Shown piece after piece: positions 35,277-36,792 of a DNA stretch of 36,792 nucleotides. Origin of the DNA: Octopus bimaculoides (taxonomy: Eukaryota); contig NC_068981.1 of NCBI RefSeq assembly GCF_001194135.2, forward strand, positions 4,497,948-4,534,739, in the 5' to 3' direction. Within the stretch, counting starts at the first letter, position 1. Every line of letters begins with the position of its first letter. The notes beneath the pieces were generated by a model, which worked only from the letters and a program-made list of their open reading frames with translations, was not told the DNA's origin and searched no databases. The position numbers and the translations under genes are program-made.

Positions 35277-35322
35277 GACACCTGATGAAGGCTGGAAGGC
35301 ATATCAGCTGAAATGTTGTGTT
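35277..35322 (+). ncRNA. Minimal type I hammerhead motif, core intact
   Basis: GACAC CTGATGA A GGCTG-GAAGGCATAT-CAGCT GAAA TGTT^GTGTT; predicted cut after 35317 (GUU). Confidence 0.75.
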
Positions 35323-35567
35323 AACAACAAACAAGATGAGGACAAATATCCGTCAAATGTAAATAATGTAAATAATGTATATTTTTATGGGAAGAAAAAA
35401 AGACAGCACATCAGAAGAATAAAACATGAAATTATTGAGGAAAAGCCCTAGAAGTACCCCACCTAGGTAGCAAAGAAAAAGAAAAGAAAAAAGGGGTCAA
35501 ATTAAGAACAGTAGATGGTGGGGGCGAAGGAGTAATGGATGGTACACCCCTGGAAAAAATGGTGTGT

Positions 35568-35755
35568 TTAGCTGTGCCTTGCAGACATAATTGTAAAGGC
35601 GTTGCTGTGGAGAATGGCCAACAGCATTTGCTGCGGCAGCTGCCCCTCACAATGTGAGGCTCATTTCTCAGGTGGGCTGCATTTATTCCGATTTTATGGA
35701 GGAAATCGGCAGTGGAGGGTCCGAGAACACCTGGGGCCTCGACAGTGACTGACAC
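35568..35755 (-). pseudogene. CRE-like retrotransposon C-terminal restriction-like endonuclease remnant
   Basis: VTVEAPGVLGPSTADFLHKIG, then after a frameshift QLPQQMLLAILHSNAFTIMS, resembling AVET.G.WGP.A..FL..IG / QRLS.AIQRGNA. Confidence 0.7.
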
Positions 35756-35859
35756 AAACTGGTAGCAGCTGGTCAGGTTTAAACCATAGAGAATAAAATA
35801 AGAAATTTTAAGGTTTTACTCTTCAGGTGAGAAATATTATCTGTGCTGATGACATGTCA

Positions 35860-36034
35860 AGTGCACCCAGTACACTCTGTGGAGTGGTTGGCATTAAGAA
35901 GGGCATCCAGCCATAGAAACTAAACCATAGCAGACTGGAGCCTGATGCAGCTCTCTGGCTTACCAGTTCCACTCAAACCATCTAACTCATGCCAGAATGG
36001 AAAACAGACATGAAATGATGATGATGATGATGAT
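35860..36034 (+). mobile_element. RTE-family tail copy
   Basis: GGAGTGGTTGGCATTAAGAAGGGCATCCAGC ... (GAT)n. Confidence 0.85.
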
Positions 36035-36206
36035 GTTAGCTAAGTAAACAATCTTTGATAGTTTATACCCATGACTCCCAACCTTTTCACTGCCAAGGAC
36101 CCCTTTTATTTAAACGAGTTTTCTCACGGACCCCTTTTCAGATGCTTATCCTTACGCATATATATATATACATATATATATGTATATATATACATGTATA
36201 TATATG

Positions 36207-36269
<63 letters not shown>

Positions 36270-36282
36270 TCTCTCTTTCTCT

Positions 36283-36450
36283 CTTTTACTTGTTTCAGTC
36301 ATTTGATAGTGGCCATGCTGGAGCACCGCCTTTTAGTTGAGCAAATCGACCCGAGGACTTATTCTTTGGAAGCATGGTACTTAATCTATCGGTCTCTTTT
36401 GCCAAACCACTAAGTTACTGGGATGTAAACACACCACTGGGGGACAAACA
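36283..36450 (-). mobile_element. SINE 3' half; related pieces at about 19400-19600 and 32315-32430
   Basis: TTTTACTTGTTTCAGTCATTTGA..GGCCATGCTGGAGCACCGCC..CTCTTTTGCCAAACCACTAAGTTAC. Confidence 0.7.
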
Positions 36451-36479
36451 CAGACACACAAACATATACATACACATAC

Positions 36480-36627
36480 ATATATATACATATATACGAC
36501 GGGCTTCTTTCAGTTTCCGTCTACCAAATCCACTCACAAGGCTTTGGTCGGCCCGAGACTATAGCAGAAGACACTTGCCCAAGGTGCCACACAGTGGAAA
36601 TGAACCCGGAACCATGTGGTTGGTAAG
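36480..36627 (-). mobile_element. tRNA-derived SINE
   Basis: Reverse-complement homologue of 32141-32305. Confidence 0.8.
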
Positions 36628-36792
36628 GTGAATAGGAAGGTGGATACCCTTTCTCTCTCTTACCCTTTACCCATTTGTCTATCTATCTGGCTATCTATCT
36701 CTCTATCTATCTCTCTATCTCTCTATCTATCTATCTACCTATCTGTCTGTCTGTCCATCTATCTATCTATCTATCCATTTATCTATCTATCT

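Larger units (their letters stand above)
34930..35379 (+). mobile_element. Putative non-autonomous Penelope-like element: inverted arm, tRNA head, (AAT)n, direct arm
   Basis: 34957-35100 is the reverse complement of 35233-35376 (144 bp, 10 mismatches by hand, no indels). Both arms carry a hammerhead motif. Confidence 0.75.

Overview
Repeat-dominated, AT-rich animal genomic DNA with N gaps. The repeat families suggest a cephalopod, probably Octopus (inference, not a database result). There is no intact protein-coding gene, and almost all long ORFs in the track come from satellites or microsatellites. Contents: a 62-bp satellite (1-1351); about 19 truncated copies of an RTE-LINE 3' UTR made of ~61-bp hairpin units and a (GAT)n tail; decayed RT or endonuclease fragments of RTE, CRE-like and R4/Dong-like retrotransposons; a near full-length dead mariner; several MITEs; a probable non-autonomous Helitron; tRNA-derived SINEs; and a diverged local duplication with an internal inversion. 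The best candidate for an unusual system is at 34930-35379. There a tRNA-like Pol III promoter and an (AAT)n tract lie between two inverted 144-bp arms, each carrying a minimal Penelope-type type I hammerhead ribozyme motif. A second, different hammerhead-like motif lies at 29333-29369.
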